Source: an uncultured Planctomycetales bacterium (GTDB lineage: Bacteria > Planctomycetota > UBA1135 > JACQFD01). Taken from it: a DNA stretch of 64,000 nt. Positions within the stretch are counted from its first letter, which is position 1, and the number at the start of each line of letters is the position of its first letter. Below, in pieces: positions 19,301 through 28,063 of this stretch. Position numbers and translations under genes: made by a program. The DNA is taken from assembly GCA_964545855.1 (NCBI GenBank), contig CAZJHD010000011.1, forward strand, positions 41,763 to 105,762, given 5' to 3'. The notes beneath the pieces are model-generated. The model had not been told where the DNA came from, made no database searches, and saw only the letters and a list, made by a program, of their open reading frames with translations.

Positions 19301-19596
19301 CTCTTCCCGTCGACGAACTCCATCACGAAGTAGGGCACACCGTCGACGTCGCCGTGATCGAGCCCCTTCACGATGTTCGGATGGTCGAGGCGCGCCGAGA
19401 GACGCGCCTCGCGCTCGAGCCTCGCGACGTAGAGGCGATTCCGCGCGAGCTCGCGACGGAGGATCTTCACGGCCACGAGTCGGTCGAGCCCCGCGTGGCG
19501 CGCGAGATACACCGAGCCGACGCCTCCCGAGCCGAGCCGCTCCAGGATCTCCAGGTCCGGGATCGACGGGAATCGCTCTCGGCTCGGCTCGCTCAT
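16318..19596 (-). CDS. Ser/Thr protein kinase with a long helical-repeat region and a C-terminal beta-rich (lectin/LamG-like) domain
   Basis: 1092 codons starting at MSEPSRERF (ATG at 19596-19594, an ATGA overlap with the upstream stop). Hanks motifs: GSGGVGSVY, VAVKIL, HRDIKPGNLLL, DLG, GTPHYVSPE. One TM segment follows the kinase domain. The 5' extension in the track ORF is Arg-rich artefact. Confidence 0.88.
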   Translation of the reverse strand: MSEPSRERFPSIPDLEILERLGSGGVGSVYLARHAGLDRLVAVKILRRELARNRLYVARLEREARLSARLDHPNIVKGLDHGDVDGVPYFVMEFVDGKSLKTVLRERGRLEEDEVLEFGLQVARALDHAYRLGVVHRDIKPGNLLLAKDGTLKLADLGLARRPDDSSVTKEGTTLGTPHYVSPEQARDPVTADTRSDLYSLGATLFHVATGRPPFDAETVGGVLSQVLDASSVAQVPADVPLSRNLELCLLRLLAKDPARRYQTPDEVIRDLERVRRHERPSVSVFDVNPRARLRLRVGLASGAGLVVVATLVLLAGAGLGLFGSNAPSPAARAAAEELGRLETDADGSPAALADRWARVDALLASGAFEDAGRLRATALQTTIGEAISAAFDGLEREIDRDLAAGIAERRLDEAWTQLETEFPRRVREAFDRRAELLPGPFAIRFERYLDTKRRDLRQEVAAAEAAILAMLPAFLEEESSRVQQHVEEGRFADALVRLADAPSRLMTPQGDAPRRLPDISRDSVAERIRGELASIRSRVLQEAAERGRRITARLQAEFELLRRGVTEGTRSATASEFADEAETVFREMGYVRQQWPLEVVPDPGGLAKDLHDSLASLDRKAEEQRTLREFEVLEARTWARMRERQYVTASQVWRSERERPELAAVRARLDRRIGYADALAGLRARAGRELARRVGTRVNLSLRSGAIASGRLVSTESLADDWLGTLADGAIPEVRFSALALGEIETLVAAESGPRARLELGLLWMAEGQLDRAQARFAAARLDPEASASEAELAAFALSDVSALRLLSQGSGSERERLYRATLDRARELTRIGEMEQARAEYERVRTEAVGFDVGDPRVADLDREIEEFEVLWRAHQRRRALAGAFPGARASELPDGRLRLDYDLAAGPGPSGLEVPKGWRRTAAGIQCEGAALEDASRLGRAPALRFPLPAMGRGPVRFTARSSLPYESDPVSLLVHGLTAFGRTGAIHRASGGGPWSAQLISGGAEVLDLAPWPRHWEPGFRRSSGFLRGGTHDLSLDVSEDGRSAVLRVDGAAVASLDAAVAGDACELRCTGAILLRSLSVEGVALPR

Positions 19597-21203
19597 CGAC
19601 GCGGGACCCACTGCGTCCACTCCGCCTCGACTCCCGCCACGTCCAGGCCGAAGGCCTCGCGGAACGCCTGGTCGTGGAAGACGCGCGCCCGGTCGGGGAT
19701 CCGCTGGAGCCCCCAGAGCTTGCGCACGAGCCGGTGGAATCGGTCGAGCCCTCCCGGCGCCTTCTGCGCGAGGAACTGCACGACGCTCATCGACTTGCGC
19801 ACGTCGTCGATCGTCAGGTCCGGGAGGTCCTTCTGCACGATGGCGAGCAGCGATTGCGGACGCCCCGCGGCGATCGAAGCCCTCAGCTCGTCCTCCCAAC
19901 GGCCCGCGCGCGCATCGCTGCGGCGTTCACCGCCGGTGGTCGTGCCCCCGGAGCCCTCCGCGCGGGGAACGGAGCGCGAGTGCGCGCAGAAGATCGTGTT
20001 CCTCTCCCAGGCGGCCGCTTCCGCGAGGCATGCCAGCGCCTCGTCGTACCAGGGCGGCAGCAGCGACGGCACGTGCCCGTGCCGGTTCGCGAGCACGTGG
20101 CCCACGTGGTGGAACGTCTGGCCCGCCGCCTGGTCGAGGTCTCGTCCCCGCAGCAACGCCACGGAAACGCCGAGGGGCTCGTGCACGAAGTAGCCGTGCG
20201 TCCGGCGCGCCCGCTCGTCCCACCCCTCCCAGAGGAAGCGCTTCGACTCGCGGTAGGTCCGGTCGACGGCGCGCCCGTACTCGGCGTCGCCCTCGAGGAC
20301 GATCAGCTCGACGCGCGGGATCGGCTGCGACGCCGGCATCGCGAAGGGCGCCGGGGGGATCCCCGCCGAGAGGACGCTTCCGGCTCCATCGCCGCCGAAG
20401 AGACGATCGAGCGCTCCGAGAGCGCGCTCGCTCCCCTCGGAGACGGTGCGGAGCCACGCCTCCTCGGCCGCTCCCTGGACCGCGAAGTGCGCCGAGAGCA
20501 CGAGCTTCCAGGACGCGACCCCGAACTCGGCCGCCGCTTCGCGGGACCGGAGGCGGAACGGGATCTCCGACGCCTCGATCCAGGCTCCCTCGAAGGACTC
20601 GAGGCCCCGCGCGCGCCGGGCCTCGTCCTCCGTGACCCACCGGTCGCCGAGTCGGACGAGCCCCTTCTCGAGCGCCTCTTTCTCCTCCGGCGCCATCCAC
20701 CGGCCACGGAACTCGACCAGACCCTGGGCCGCGAGCGCCGCAGCCTTCCGCTCCTCGTCGCGGCGTGCCTTCTCCTCCGGCGTCACCCAGTCGTCGCCGT
20801 CGCGCACGCGGCCGAGGGCGCGGTTCGCCGCCTCGTGGCGCGGATCGATCTCCACGGCCGTCTCGAGGCATCTCCGCGCCTCCTTCGACATCCCCTTCTC
20901 GGCGCACCACCGCGAGAGCTCGAACCAGTCGCCGGCCGTCTTCGCGTCGAGGCGTCTCCGCGGGAGCTCCTCCTCCGGCGTCTCCTTCCGCTCGATGCGA
21001 ACGACCGACGCACGCGGCACCTCGATCGTGCCGAACCGCGTCTCGATGCGAACCACGGCGTCGTCCTCCCGCACGATCTTGCCCTCGATCGTCCGACCAT
21101 CGTTCGTCACGACCACGTCGGCGGACGCAGGGGGCGCCGAGGCGAGCGCCGCGGCGGCGAGCACCGCCAGCAGGACGGCGCGGGCCCGGCCTCGGCGGAT
21201 CAC
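19593..21203 (-). CDS. secreted hypothetical protein with GxW(V/M)xxEE repeats
   Basis: 536 aa with a GTG start. The signal peptide is AVLLAVLAAAALASAPPASA. Four spaced repeats are present: DGDDWVTPEE, FRGRWMAPEE, LGDRWVTEDE, FEGAWIEASE. The C-terminal domain has histidines (HHVGHVLANRHGH) but no HExxH. Both gene ends are 4-nt overlaps. Confidence 0.6.
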   Translation of the reverse strand: MIRRGRARAVLLAVLAAAALASAPPASADVVVTNDGRTIEGKIVREDDAVVRIETRFGTIEVPRASVVRIERKETPEEELPRRRLDAKTAGDWFELSRWCAEKGMSKEARRCLETAVEIDPRHEAANRALGRVRDGDDWVTPEEKARRDEERKAAALAAQGLVEFRGRWMAPEEKEALEKGLVRLGDRWVTEDEARRARGLESFEGAWIEASEIPFRLRSREAAAEFGVASWKLVLSAHFAVQGAAEEAWLRTVSEGSERALGALDRLFGGDGAGSVLSAGIPPAPFAMPASQPIPRVELIVLEGDAEYGRAVDRTYRESKRFLWEGWDERARRTHGYFVHEPLGVSVALLRGRDLDQAAGQTFHHVGHVLANRHGHVPSLLPPWYDEALACLAEAAAWERNTIFCAHSRSVPRAEGSGGTTTGGERRSDARAGRWEDELRASIAAGRPQSLLAIVQKDLPDLTIDDVRKSMSVVQFLAQKAPGGLDRFHRLVRKLWGLQRIPDRARVFHDQAFREAFGLDVAGVEAEWTQWVPRR

Positions 21204-23251
21204 TCCTCGCTCTCCTCCTCCGGCGGCTCCGTGTCGTCGGAGGCGCCGGGCGCGTCGATCCCGTACTTCGAGAGCTTGCGCTGGAGGGCGAAGCGCGAGA
21301 TCCCGAGTCGCCGGGCCGTCGCGCTGCGGTTGCCCTGCGTCGCCACGAGGGCCGAGCGGATCGCGCGGATCTCCAGCGAGCGCACGCGCCCCGGGAGCGT
21401 GGAGGCGTCCGTCGCCGCCTCCGGATCGTCGGGCACCTCGGGCTCCCAGTCGCGGATGGCGTCCGACACGAGGTCGGGTCCGATCACGTCGCCGGCGAGC
21501 ACCACGAGGCGCCGCACCTCGTTCTCGAGCTCGCGCACGTTGCCGGGCCAGTCGTAGGCGCGGAAGTGGTCGAGCACGACGGGATCGATGCGCTTCAGCG
21601 GCACGCCGGCCTCGCGGCAGCGCTGCACCAGGAATCGCTCCACGAGCAGCGCGATGTCCTCCTTCCGCTCCCGCAGGGGCGGCAGCCGCAGCGGCAGCAC
21701 GTTCAGCCGGTAGTAGAGATCCTCGCGGAACTGCTTCGCCTTCACGCGCTCCGTCAGGTCCGCCTGGGAGGCGCAGATGATCCGCACGTCGATCGGGAGA
21801 GGCGTCTCCGAGCCGATGGGACGGATCTCCCCCTCCTGCAGCGCCCGAAGGAGGCTCTTCTGCATCTCGCTCGACATCTCGGCGACCTCGTCGAGGAAGA
21901 GCGTCCCTCCGTGGGCGAGCTCGAAGAGACCCTTCTTGGCCCGGTGGGCGCCCGTGAAGGCACCCTTCGAGTGGCCGAAGAGCTCGCTCTCGAGGAGCGT
22001 GTCCTGGATCGCCGCGCAGCTCGCGCTCACGAAGGACTTGTCGCCCCGCGCCCCGTTCGTGTGGATCGCCCGCGCCACGAGCTCCTTTCCGGTGCCGCTA
22101 TCGCCGGTGATGAGGACGGGTGCGTCGGAGCCCACGAGCCGATCCAGCAGCCGGAAGACCGACCGCATGGCCGGGCTCTCGCCGACGATCGAGCGATAGT
22201 CGTAGCGGCTCCGGAGATCCCCGCGGGCGAGCGCCGCCTCCTCGCGCACCCGCGCCAGCGCCTCCTCTCCCTTCTCCAGGCGCCCCGCCAGGTCGAGGGC
22301 GCGCACCTCGAGCTGCGCGCGCGAGGCCGCGAGCGCCCGGTTGGCCTCCCGCAGCTCGTCCATCGCGCGCGCATTCGCGAGCGTGATGCCCGCCTGGTCG
22401 GCGAGAGCCTCCAGCAGATCGATCTCGTCGTCTCCGAAGAGCGCCCGCTGCAGTCGGTTGTCGACGACGATCACGCCTTCGGTCTTGTCGCGCACGCGCA
22501 GCGGCACCGCCAGGAGCGAGCGGAGCTCCAGATCGACGACGGACCGGAAGTCGGCGAAGCGCTCGTCGGAGAGAGCGTCCGAGGAGATGATCGGCCGCCC
22601 GTTCGCGAGCACGTCCTCGACGATCTTCCGCGAGAGCTTCTCCTCCGGGAGCGGCACCACCTCCCGCGCGAAGTTCCGCGCGACGCGGAACTCGAGCCGG
22701 CCCCCGTCGCCCGTGCGGGCGTCGCCTCCGCTGCGAACGGCGAGGAAACCCCGCTCCGCGCGCGTCAGCGTGATCGCCGAGTCGACGATCAGATCGAAGA
22801 GGGCGGCGATGTCGCGCGCCGAGTTGATGGCGCGGTTGATGCGCTGGAGGACCAGAAGGTTGTCGCGCTCGCGCGTCAGCTCCTGGACGAAGGTCTCGTG
22901 CCCGCCGGCGGGGAGCGACGCGATCCGCGTGTTCCGCATCGCGGGGTCCGTCGACTCGTCGAGGTCGCCGATGCCGATGCGCGTCTTCCCGATGACGATC
23001 CAGTCTCCCGCCGAGAGGACCGCGCGGTCGACCACCTCGCCGTTCACCTGCGTCCCGTTGGCCGAGCCCGAGTCCGTGAGGACCAGCCCCGATCCCTGGA
23101 TCTCGATCTTCGCGTGGTGGCGCGAGGCGAGACCGTCCCGGAGCCGGAGATGGTTGTCGAGGGCCCGTCCGATGGTGATGACCGGCTGGTCCAGCTCGAC
23201 GACGGTGCTGGAGCCGTCCTCCACGACGGTGAGGCGGATCGACGCGGCCAT
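21200..23251 (-). CDS. sigma-54-dependent transcriptional activator with FHA and GAF N-terminal domains
   Basis: I placed the start at MAASIRL (ATG at 23251-23249). The FHA domain reads ...ITIGRALDNHLRLRDGLASRHHAKIE...DSGSANGTQVNG. A GAF-like middle domain follows. The AAA+ domain has Walker A GDSGTGKE, the sigma-54 contact loop GAFTGA, and Walker B LFLDEV. The C-terminus has a Fis-type HTH (NRSATARRLGISRFALQRKL). Confidence 0.9.
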   Translation of the reverse strand: MAASIRLTVVEDGSSTVVELDQPVITIGRALDNHLRLRDGLASRHHAKIEIQGSGLVLTDSGSANGTQVNGEVVDRAVLSAGDWIVIGKTRIGIGDLDESTDPAMRNTRIASLPAGGHETFVQELTRERDNLLVLQRINRAINSARDIAALFDLIVDSAITLTRAERGFLAVRSGGDARTGDGGRLEFRVARNFAREVVPLPEEKLSRKIVEDVLANGRPIISSDALSDERFADFRSVVDLELRSLLAVPLRVRDKTEGVIVVDNRLQRALFGDDEIDLLEALADQAGITLANARAMDELREANRALAASRAQLEVRALDLAGRLEKGEEALARVREEAALARGDLRSRYDYRSIVGESPAMRSVFRLLDRLVGSDAPVLITGDSGTGKELVARAIHTNGARGDKSFVSASCAAIQDTLLESELFGHSKGAFTGAHRAKKGLFELAHGGTLFLDEVAEMSSEMQKSLLRALQEGEIRPIGSETPLPIDVRIICASQADLTERVKAKQFREDLYYRLNVLPLRLPPLRERKEDIALLVERFLVQRCREAGVPLKRIDPVVLDHFRAYDWPGNVRELENEVRRLVVLAGDVIGPDLVSDAIRDWEPEVPDDPEAATDASTLPGRVRSLEIRAIRSALVATQGNRSATARRLGISRFALQRKLSKYGIDAPGASDDTEPPEEESEE

Positions 23252-23325
23252 GGCCTTCGATGATAAGCGGCGCCCTCCGGTTGGTTTCAGGCCTGCCGAG
23301 CCGGGCCGTGCCATGATGACGCGCG

Positions 23326-24558
23326 ATGGCGATCCCCCCGCTCCGCCCGATCGATGCCTTCCCGTTCGAGGAACCGAAGGGAAGGACCGTCATCGCGATG
23401 CGAGACCCCATGGGAGTCGTGGCGGGCACGCTCGTGGTCCAGCCCGAGGCCTTCTTCGTCGCGAGCCACTTCGACGGAGAGCACGACGCGGCGCAGGTCG
23501 CGAGCATCGTGAACGGGAAGACGAACGGGCAGCTCACGACCGCCGTCGTCCAGTCGATCGCCGATCGCTTCAGCGAGCGGTGTCTCCTCCACGACGACCG
23601 TTTCCGCGAGGCCTTCGAGCGCGCGCGTCGGGCCTTCGCGGAGGCACCGGAGCGGCCGGCGGCGCACGCCGGCTCGAACTACCCCGAGGACGCGGGGGAG
23701 CTGCGCCTGCGGCTCGGCGGCATCCTCGCGGAGGCGTGGGACCAGCCTCGTCCCCAGGGAGACGTGGTGGGGCTCGTGGCACCGCACATCGACCTCGATC
23801 GCGGGCAGATCACCTACGCGCGCGCCTATGGCGTGCTCCGCGACCTCGGGAGCTTCGACCGGATCGTCGTGCTGGGGACGGCCCACGGACCCACGTCGCG
23901 CCTGCTCGCGCCGACGCGCAAGCCCTACGCGACGCCGCTCGGTCCCCTGGAGGTCGACCTGCCGGCGATGGATCGCCTCGTCTCCGTGCTCGGCGATGGC
24001 GCCTGGGACGACGAGTTCTCCCACCGCGGAGAGCACTCGATCGAGTTCCAGGCGATCTTCCTGCGGTTGGTCCAGCCGCGGGCGCGGGTCCTGCCGATCC
24101 TCTGCGGCAGCCTGCGGCCCCTCGTGGACGACGGAGTCGATCCGAACGGCCACCCGGACATCGAGCGCGCCGTCGAGGCGCTCCGCGCGGCCGTGGACGA
24201 CGGGCGGAGGACGCTCGTGCTCGCGGCCGCCGATCTCGCCCACGTGGGTCCGCGCTTCGGCGGCCCGCCTCTCACCCGCGAGTTGCTGCAGCGCACGGAG
24301 TCGCACGACCGCGCGGCCCTCGACCTCGCCGCGACGCGCGACGCGGCCGGCTGGCACCGCGCGGTCACCGAGGGCGGGGATCCGCGGAACGTCTGCGGGC
24401 TCTCGCCGATCTACCTGCTCCTGCGCGTCCTCGACCGCGGGCGCGGCCACCTGATCTCCTACCGGCGCTGCGAGGCGCCGGATCAGTGCGTCACGATCGG
24501 GGCGATGGCCTTCGTCGACGGACCCTTCGTGCCGCCGGACGACTCCCCCGGGGAGTGA
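23326..24558 (+). CDS. MEMO1 / AmmeMemoRadiSam system protein B family protein with a ~150-aa N-terminal extension
   Basis: 410 aa. The core reads VAPHIDLDRG...VVLGTAHGP...GEHSIEFQAIFL...AAADLAHVGPRFG...HDRAALD...NVCGLSPI, which fits the Memo-like family. Confidence 0.7.
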   Translation: MAIPPLRPIDAFPFEEPKGRTVIAMRDPMGVVAGTLVVQPEAFFVASHFDGEHDAAQVASIVNGKTNGQLTTAVVQSIADRFSERCLLHDDRFREAFERARRAFAEAPERPAAHAGSNYPEDAGELRLRLGGILAEAWDQPRPQGDVVGLVAPHIDLDRGQITYARAYGVLRDLGSFDRIVVLGTAHGPTSRLLAPTRKPYATPLGPLEVDLPAMDRLVSVLGDGAWDDEFSHRGEHSIEFQAIFLRLVQPRARVLPILCGSLRPLVDDGVDPNGHPDIERAVEALRAAVDDGRRTLVLAAADLAHVGPRFGGPPLTRELLQRTESHDRAALDLAATRDAAGWHRAVTEGGDPRNVCGLSPIYLLLRVLDRGRGHLISYRRCEAPDQCVTIGAMAFVDGPFVPPDDSPGE

Positions 24559-24564
24559 CGGCGT

Positions 24565-26670
24565 TCAGCGCGGCGCAAGCGCCTCGAGCGCGCGCGCGGC
24601 GGCCTCGAGGAGCGGCTTCGCGGAGAGCGGAGCTCCGACGGCCTGCCGCATCCACGCGTCGGGCGTGAGCGACCCGATGCGGGTGACGCGCTCGAACTCG
24701 TCGCCCAGGCTCTTCGCCTCGCGGAAGTACCGGTCCACCTGGAACGCGATCAGGTGTCCGAGCGGGTAGTCGGGCGTGTACATCGCGCCATCGATCATGT
24801 GGGAGTAGATGGCGAGGATCGGCACGTCGCGACGGCCACCGAGGAGCGCCGCGTAGGAGCGGTTCCAGAGATCGTTCGCGATCGCGACGACGGCCTCGCG
24901 GAACGCCGCCGCGTCGGCGTCGGGATGCTCGTAGAGCCAGCGCCACGCGGCCATGTCGACGAGCGCCACGCCGGCGATCTCGCGCGTGGCCCAGAAGTCC
25001 TCCAGCGCGCGGAGGTGCTCGCTCTCGGGACCGGGCTTCTCGAGCCCCAGGAGCTCCAGGTCGCGCGACTGGAACACGAAGGCGAGCGCCTCGGTGAACG
25101 CGGTGTTCGGCACGCCCTCCAGCAGCGTGTGGTCGATCGTGACCATGGAGAACACCTGCTCCACGTTGTGCCCCATCTCGTGGACCGCGATGTTGTAGCC
25201 CTTGTAGTCCATGCCCTTCTCGCCGACGCGCGTGCGGAGATGGGCCTTGTCGTCGCGCCGCTGGCCGCCGAGCGCGTGCCCCGCGCCGCGCGACGGCTCC
25301 ACCTCGATGTGCTCCGCGAGGAAGCGCGCCTTCTCGGCCGAGAACCCGAGATCGCGCAGGAGACGGGGGATGTCCGACGCGTAGGCGGCGGCGCTCGGGT
25401 AGCGCTCCCGCACGATGCGGTCGAGGTCGGCCTCGGCGTGCTTTCCTCGCGGCTTGAACCCCGCGTACCAGATGTCGAAGGGCTCGAGCGGCCGTCCGAG
25501 ACGCTGCGCCACGAGGTCGGCGACGCGGCGCGAGAGCGGCGAGTCGAGGATCTCCTCGAAGAGCCCGCGGACGATCTCCTCCGGGATCTCGCGGTCGCGC
25601 TCGAAGCGTCGCGCCACGAGCGACGGGCACTCCGGATCGAATCGGTCGGCGAGCGTCTGCGCCTGGAAGATCGCGAGCCAATGCGCGTAGCGCGTGTCCG
25701 GCTCGCGCGCCGCCAGGTCCTCCGGCAGCGGCCGCGCCGGCGGCTCCCCGTCCTCGATCGGAGAGCGCACGACGGCGTTCGTGGCGGGCGTCCAGTCGAA
25801 GCGCGGATCGCCGATCACCGACGCGGGGATCTCCTGCCGCACGATGCGCTCCATCACGAGCTGGATCATGCGTTGCTTCGAGAGCCCTCCGGTCTCCGCG
25901 TAGCGCGCCTTCAGCTCGTCCCGGAGCCCCCAGTGGCTGATCAGCCGCAGCCCCGGCGGGAAGGGCCGGCCGCCGTCCTCGTCGAGGAGGTGGTGCATCA
26001 TCACGTCGTAGCGCGCGATGTAGGCGTCGGCGTCGGCCGACGCGCGCGCCATCCGCTGCTGGACGGAGGCGGGCACGCGCGTCGCGAACCGTCCCGCGAG
26101 CCGCGCCTCCGCCCATCGACGGCGGCTCCAGCTCGGGCCCTTCTCCATGCGCTCGGCGAGACTCGTCACGGGGAAGTTCAGCAGCGAGAGGAACGCGATG
26201 CGGTTCGCGAAGAGGTCGTCGGTGACGTGGGCCGAGACGTCCCATCCGGCGAGGCGCTCGTCGATCGGCTGGATCGGTCCCAGATCGAGATCCGCCCCGC
26301 GCCGGAGATCGCGCTGCATCGAGTTGAAGAAGCCGTCGATGCGCTCGAAGGCGAACTCGAGCCGATCGAACAGCGCGTCGAGCCGCGGTCCCGTCGGCAG
26401 GAACTCCTCCACGCAGAACGCCTCGAAGGCGGCGCCGTCGCCGTCCTCGGCGCGCCAGAGTCGCGCCGCCTGACCGACCCCTCGGTCGATGCGCGCGGCC
26501 TCGCCGGCGCCATGGAGCCCCCGCAGGCGCTCCTTCGCGCGCGACCCCGCAACGGGGCCGGCGGCCGGCGCGCCGTCCTGCGCGTGGGCGGGAGAAGAGG
26601 GGAGCGCGGCGGACATGGCGGCGAGGAGCGAGAGCACGCCGGCGAGGAGCCGGCACGGAGCTTCGGGCAT
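24565..26670 (-). CDS. secreted gluzincin-type zinc metallopeptidase
   Basis: 701 aa. The signal peptide is LLAGVLSLLAAMSAALPSSPAHA. The zinc site is HEXXH (AVHEMGHNVEQ), with a glutamate ~25 aa later (AFTEALAF). I could not decide the subfamily (M2-, M3- or M32-like) by eye. Confidence 0.65.
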   Translation of the reverse strand: MPEAPCRLLAGVLSLLAAMSAALPSSPAHAQDGAPAAGPVAGSRAKERLRGLHGAGEAARIDRGVGQAARLWRAEDGDGAAFEAFCVEEFLPTGPRLDALFDRLEFAFERIDGFFNSMQRDLRRGADLDLGPIQPIDERLAGWDVSAHVTDDLFANRIAFLSLLNFPVTSLAERMEKGPSWSRRRWAEARLAGRFATRVPASVQQRMARASADADAYIARYDVMMHHLLDEDGGRPFPPGLRLISHWGLRDELKARYAETGGLSKQRMIQLVMERIVRQEIPASVIGDPRFDWTPATNAVVRSPIEDGEPPARPLPEDLAAREPDTRYAHWLAIFQAQTLADRFDPECPSLVARRFERDREIPEEIVRGLFEEILDSPLSRRVADLVAQRLGRPLEPFDIWYAGFKPRGKHAEADLDRIVRERYPSAAAYASDIPRLLRDLGFSAEKARFLAEHIEVEPSRGAGHALGGQRRDDKAHLRTRVGEKGMDYKGYNIAVHEMGHNVEQVFSMVTIDHTLLEGVPNTAFTEALAFVFQSRDLELLGLEKPGPESEHLRALEDFWATREIAGVALVDMAAWRWLYEHPDADAAAFREAVVAIANDLWNRSYAALLGGRRDVPILAIYSHMIDGAMYTPDYPLGHLIAFQVDRYFREAKSLGDEFERVTRIGSLTPDAWMRQAVGAPLSAKPLLEAAARALEALAPR

Positions 26671-26750
26671 CGGCGGACCTGGAAGGGACGCGTCGGGCGC
26701 CGGATCCTACCGGCCGGCGATCCGCCGCGGCTCCGCGCGAGCGCGTGCCG

Positions 26751-27848
26751 CTACCGAGAGTTCGCCTGCGACCTCGACCGCGTCACGAGCGAGTCCACGG
26801 TCTCGCGCACGGACCCGATCGAGCCGTCCACGCGTCCCGTGGCGAAGCCCGCGCGCCCCGCCAGGGCGTCGCCGGAAGCCCGGAGCAGCGCGATCACGCG
26901 GTCCGCGATGCGGGCGGCGATCTCCTCCGGTGCGCCGGGGAGCGCGACGACGATGGCGTCCTCGGAGTAGACGGCGACGGTGTCGCTCGGGCGCGTGGAC
27001 GCGAGCGCGTGACGCGCGAGAGCGACGGCCGTCTTGCGCCGGCCGACCCTCCCGATCCTCGAGGGGACCGCGAGAGCCACGAGCGTGATGCCTGCGCCCT
27101 CGGGGCCCTCGCAGGCGAGCTGCGCGTCGGTCCTCTCGATGAAGCGAGAGAGGGCGAGCGGCGTTCGGGGCCGATCCTGGAGGACCGTCTTCGGCGCTCC
27201 ATCCTCGATCCGCCGGATCCGATCGGAGAGAGACTGGGCCGCCACCCGGAGGAGCGGACCCAGGGCGGCGGCGCCCGCCTCGTCCGGCGGGCAGGCGACG
27301 ACGAGCGCTCCCCAGGGCTCGACGCGGCCCGTGATGGGGACCACGGCGACGGCCGAGGGCTCGCCGTAGGCGAGCACGAAGGCGGAGACGAGCTCGTCGG
27401 TCGTGTCTCGGAACACGCGGAGCGCCCCCGCGTCGTTCGACGCGTTGCGGAGCGGCACGCGCCCGACGGTGATGCGAGGGCCGTCCGCGTGGCCGCCTCC
27501 GAGGACATGCAGCGCCTCGAGCTTCCCTTCGGGGTGCAGGACGCGGAAGCAGATCGCTCGAGTCGAGGTCGTCTCCTCGGCCCCCTTCGATCCGTCGCCG
27601 GAGGACTCCGGGAGCGGGGCAGCCGGCGGACTCGACGATGCATCGGCCGCGCCGCCGGCCGGCTTCTCCGCGCCCGCGCCGGCCGCCGGCGTCTCGGCCA
27701 TTCCGCTCGCCGCCGCCAGCTTGTCGTACCAGGCGAGGGTCGCCTCCGCCGCCACGCCGACCGTTGCCGACTTCGCGAGCTGGCGGCGAAGCAGCTCGAC
27801 TTCCTCGAGACTCGGCACGATTCGCGGCGGCGCAGGTGTCGTGGTCAT
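26751..27848 (-). CDS. GAF-like plus degenerate GGDEF-like regulatory protein
   Basis: 365 codons from MTTTPAPP (ATG at 27848-27846). The central region is GAF-like. The C-terminal region is laid out like a GGDEF domain, but the signature reads VYSEDAIVVALPG instead of RxGGDEFxxLLPG. Confidence 0.45.
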   Translation of the reverse strand: MTTTPAPPRIVPSLEEVELLRRQLAKSATVGVAAEATLAWYDKLAAASGMAETPAAGAGAEKPAGGAADASSSPPAAPLPESSGDGSKGAEETTSTRAICFRVLHPEGKLEALHVLGGGHADGPRITVGRVPLRNASNDAGALRVFRDTTDELVSAFVLAYGEPSAVAVVPITGRVEPWGALVVACPPDEAGAAALGPLLRVAAQSLSDRIRRIEDGAPKTVLQDRPRTPLALSRFIERTDAQLACEGPEGAGITLVALAVPSRIGRVGRRKTAVALARHALASTRPSDTVAVYSEDAIVVALPGAPEEIAARIADRVIALLRASGDALAGRAGFATGRVDGSIGSVRETVDSLVTRSRSQANSR

Positions 27849-28063
27849 GTGCTGGGCCCGGGCGGAGCCTTCCAAACGAGGCGGCTGCCCCGGGCAAGAT
27901 CCATCTCTCGGGGAGATGATCGGCCGATTCGGGCCTCGAGGTGGAGGCCCGATCGGCGTTCCGATCGAAGGCGCCGGCACTCCCCGCGCCGACGGTTCCG
28001 ATGGCACGATGGTCGATGAGACGGCCGGAGTTCCCGCCCGCGGGAGCCAGCGTCCGTCTCCGC

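Noticed and set aside
13109-20193. Giant track ORFs 13109..18529 (-, 1806 aa) and 13570..20193 (+, 2207 aa). Similar ones are 47747..53212 (-, 1821 aa), 39770..43936 (5' part) and 27403..32244 (5' part).
   Set aside because: Their translations are dominated by Arg, Pro, Gly and Ala. They lie antisense to, or out of frame with, genes that have clear motifs. They exist only because stop codons are rare at this GC content. Only the segments with normal composition and a junction-consistent start were kept.
28002-28017. A sigma-54-type promoter candidate, TGGCACGATGGTCGAT, lying 47 nt upstream of the ATP-grasp gene start.
   Set aside because: The -24 TGGCAC element matches, but the -12 position reads TCGA instead of TTGC. 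The critical GC is missing at the correct spacing. Other TGGCAC occurrences (13311, 23767, 24352, 40601) lie inside genes and lack a -12 element.
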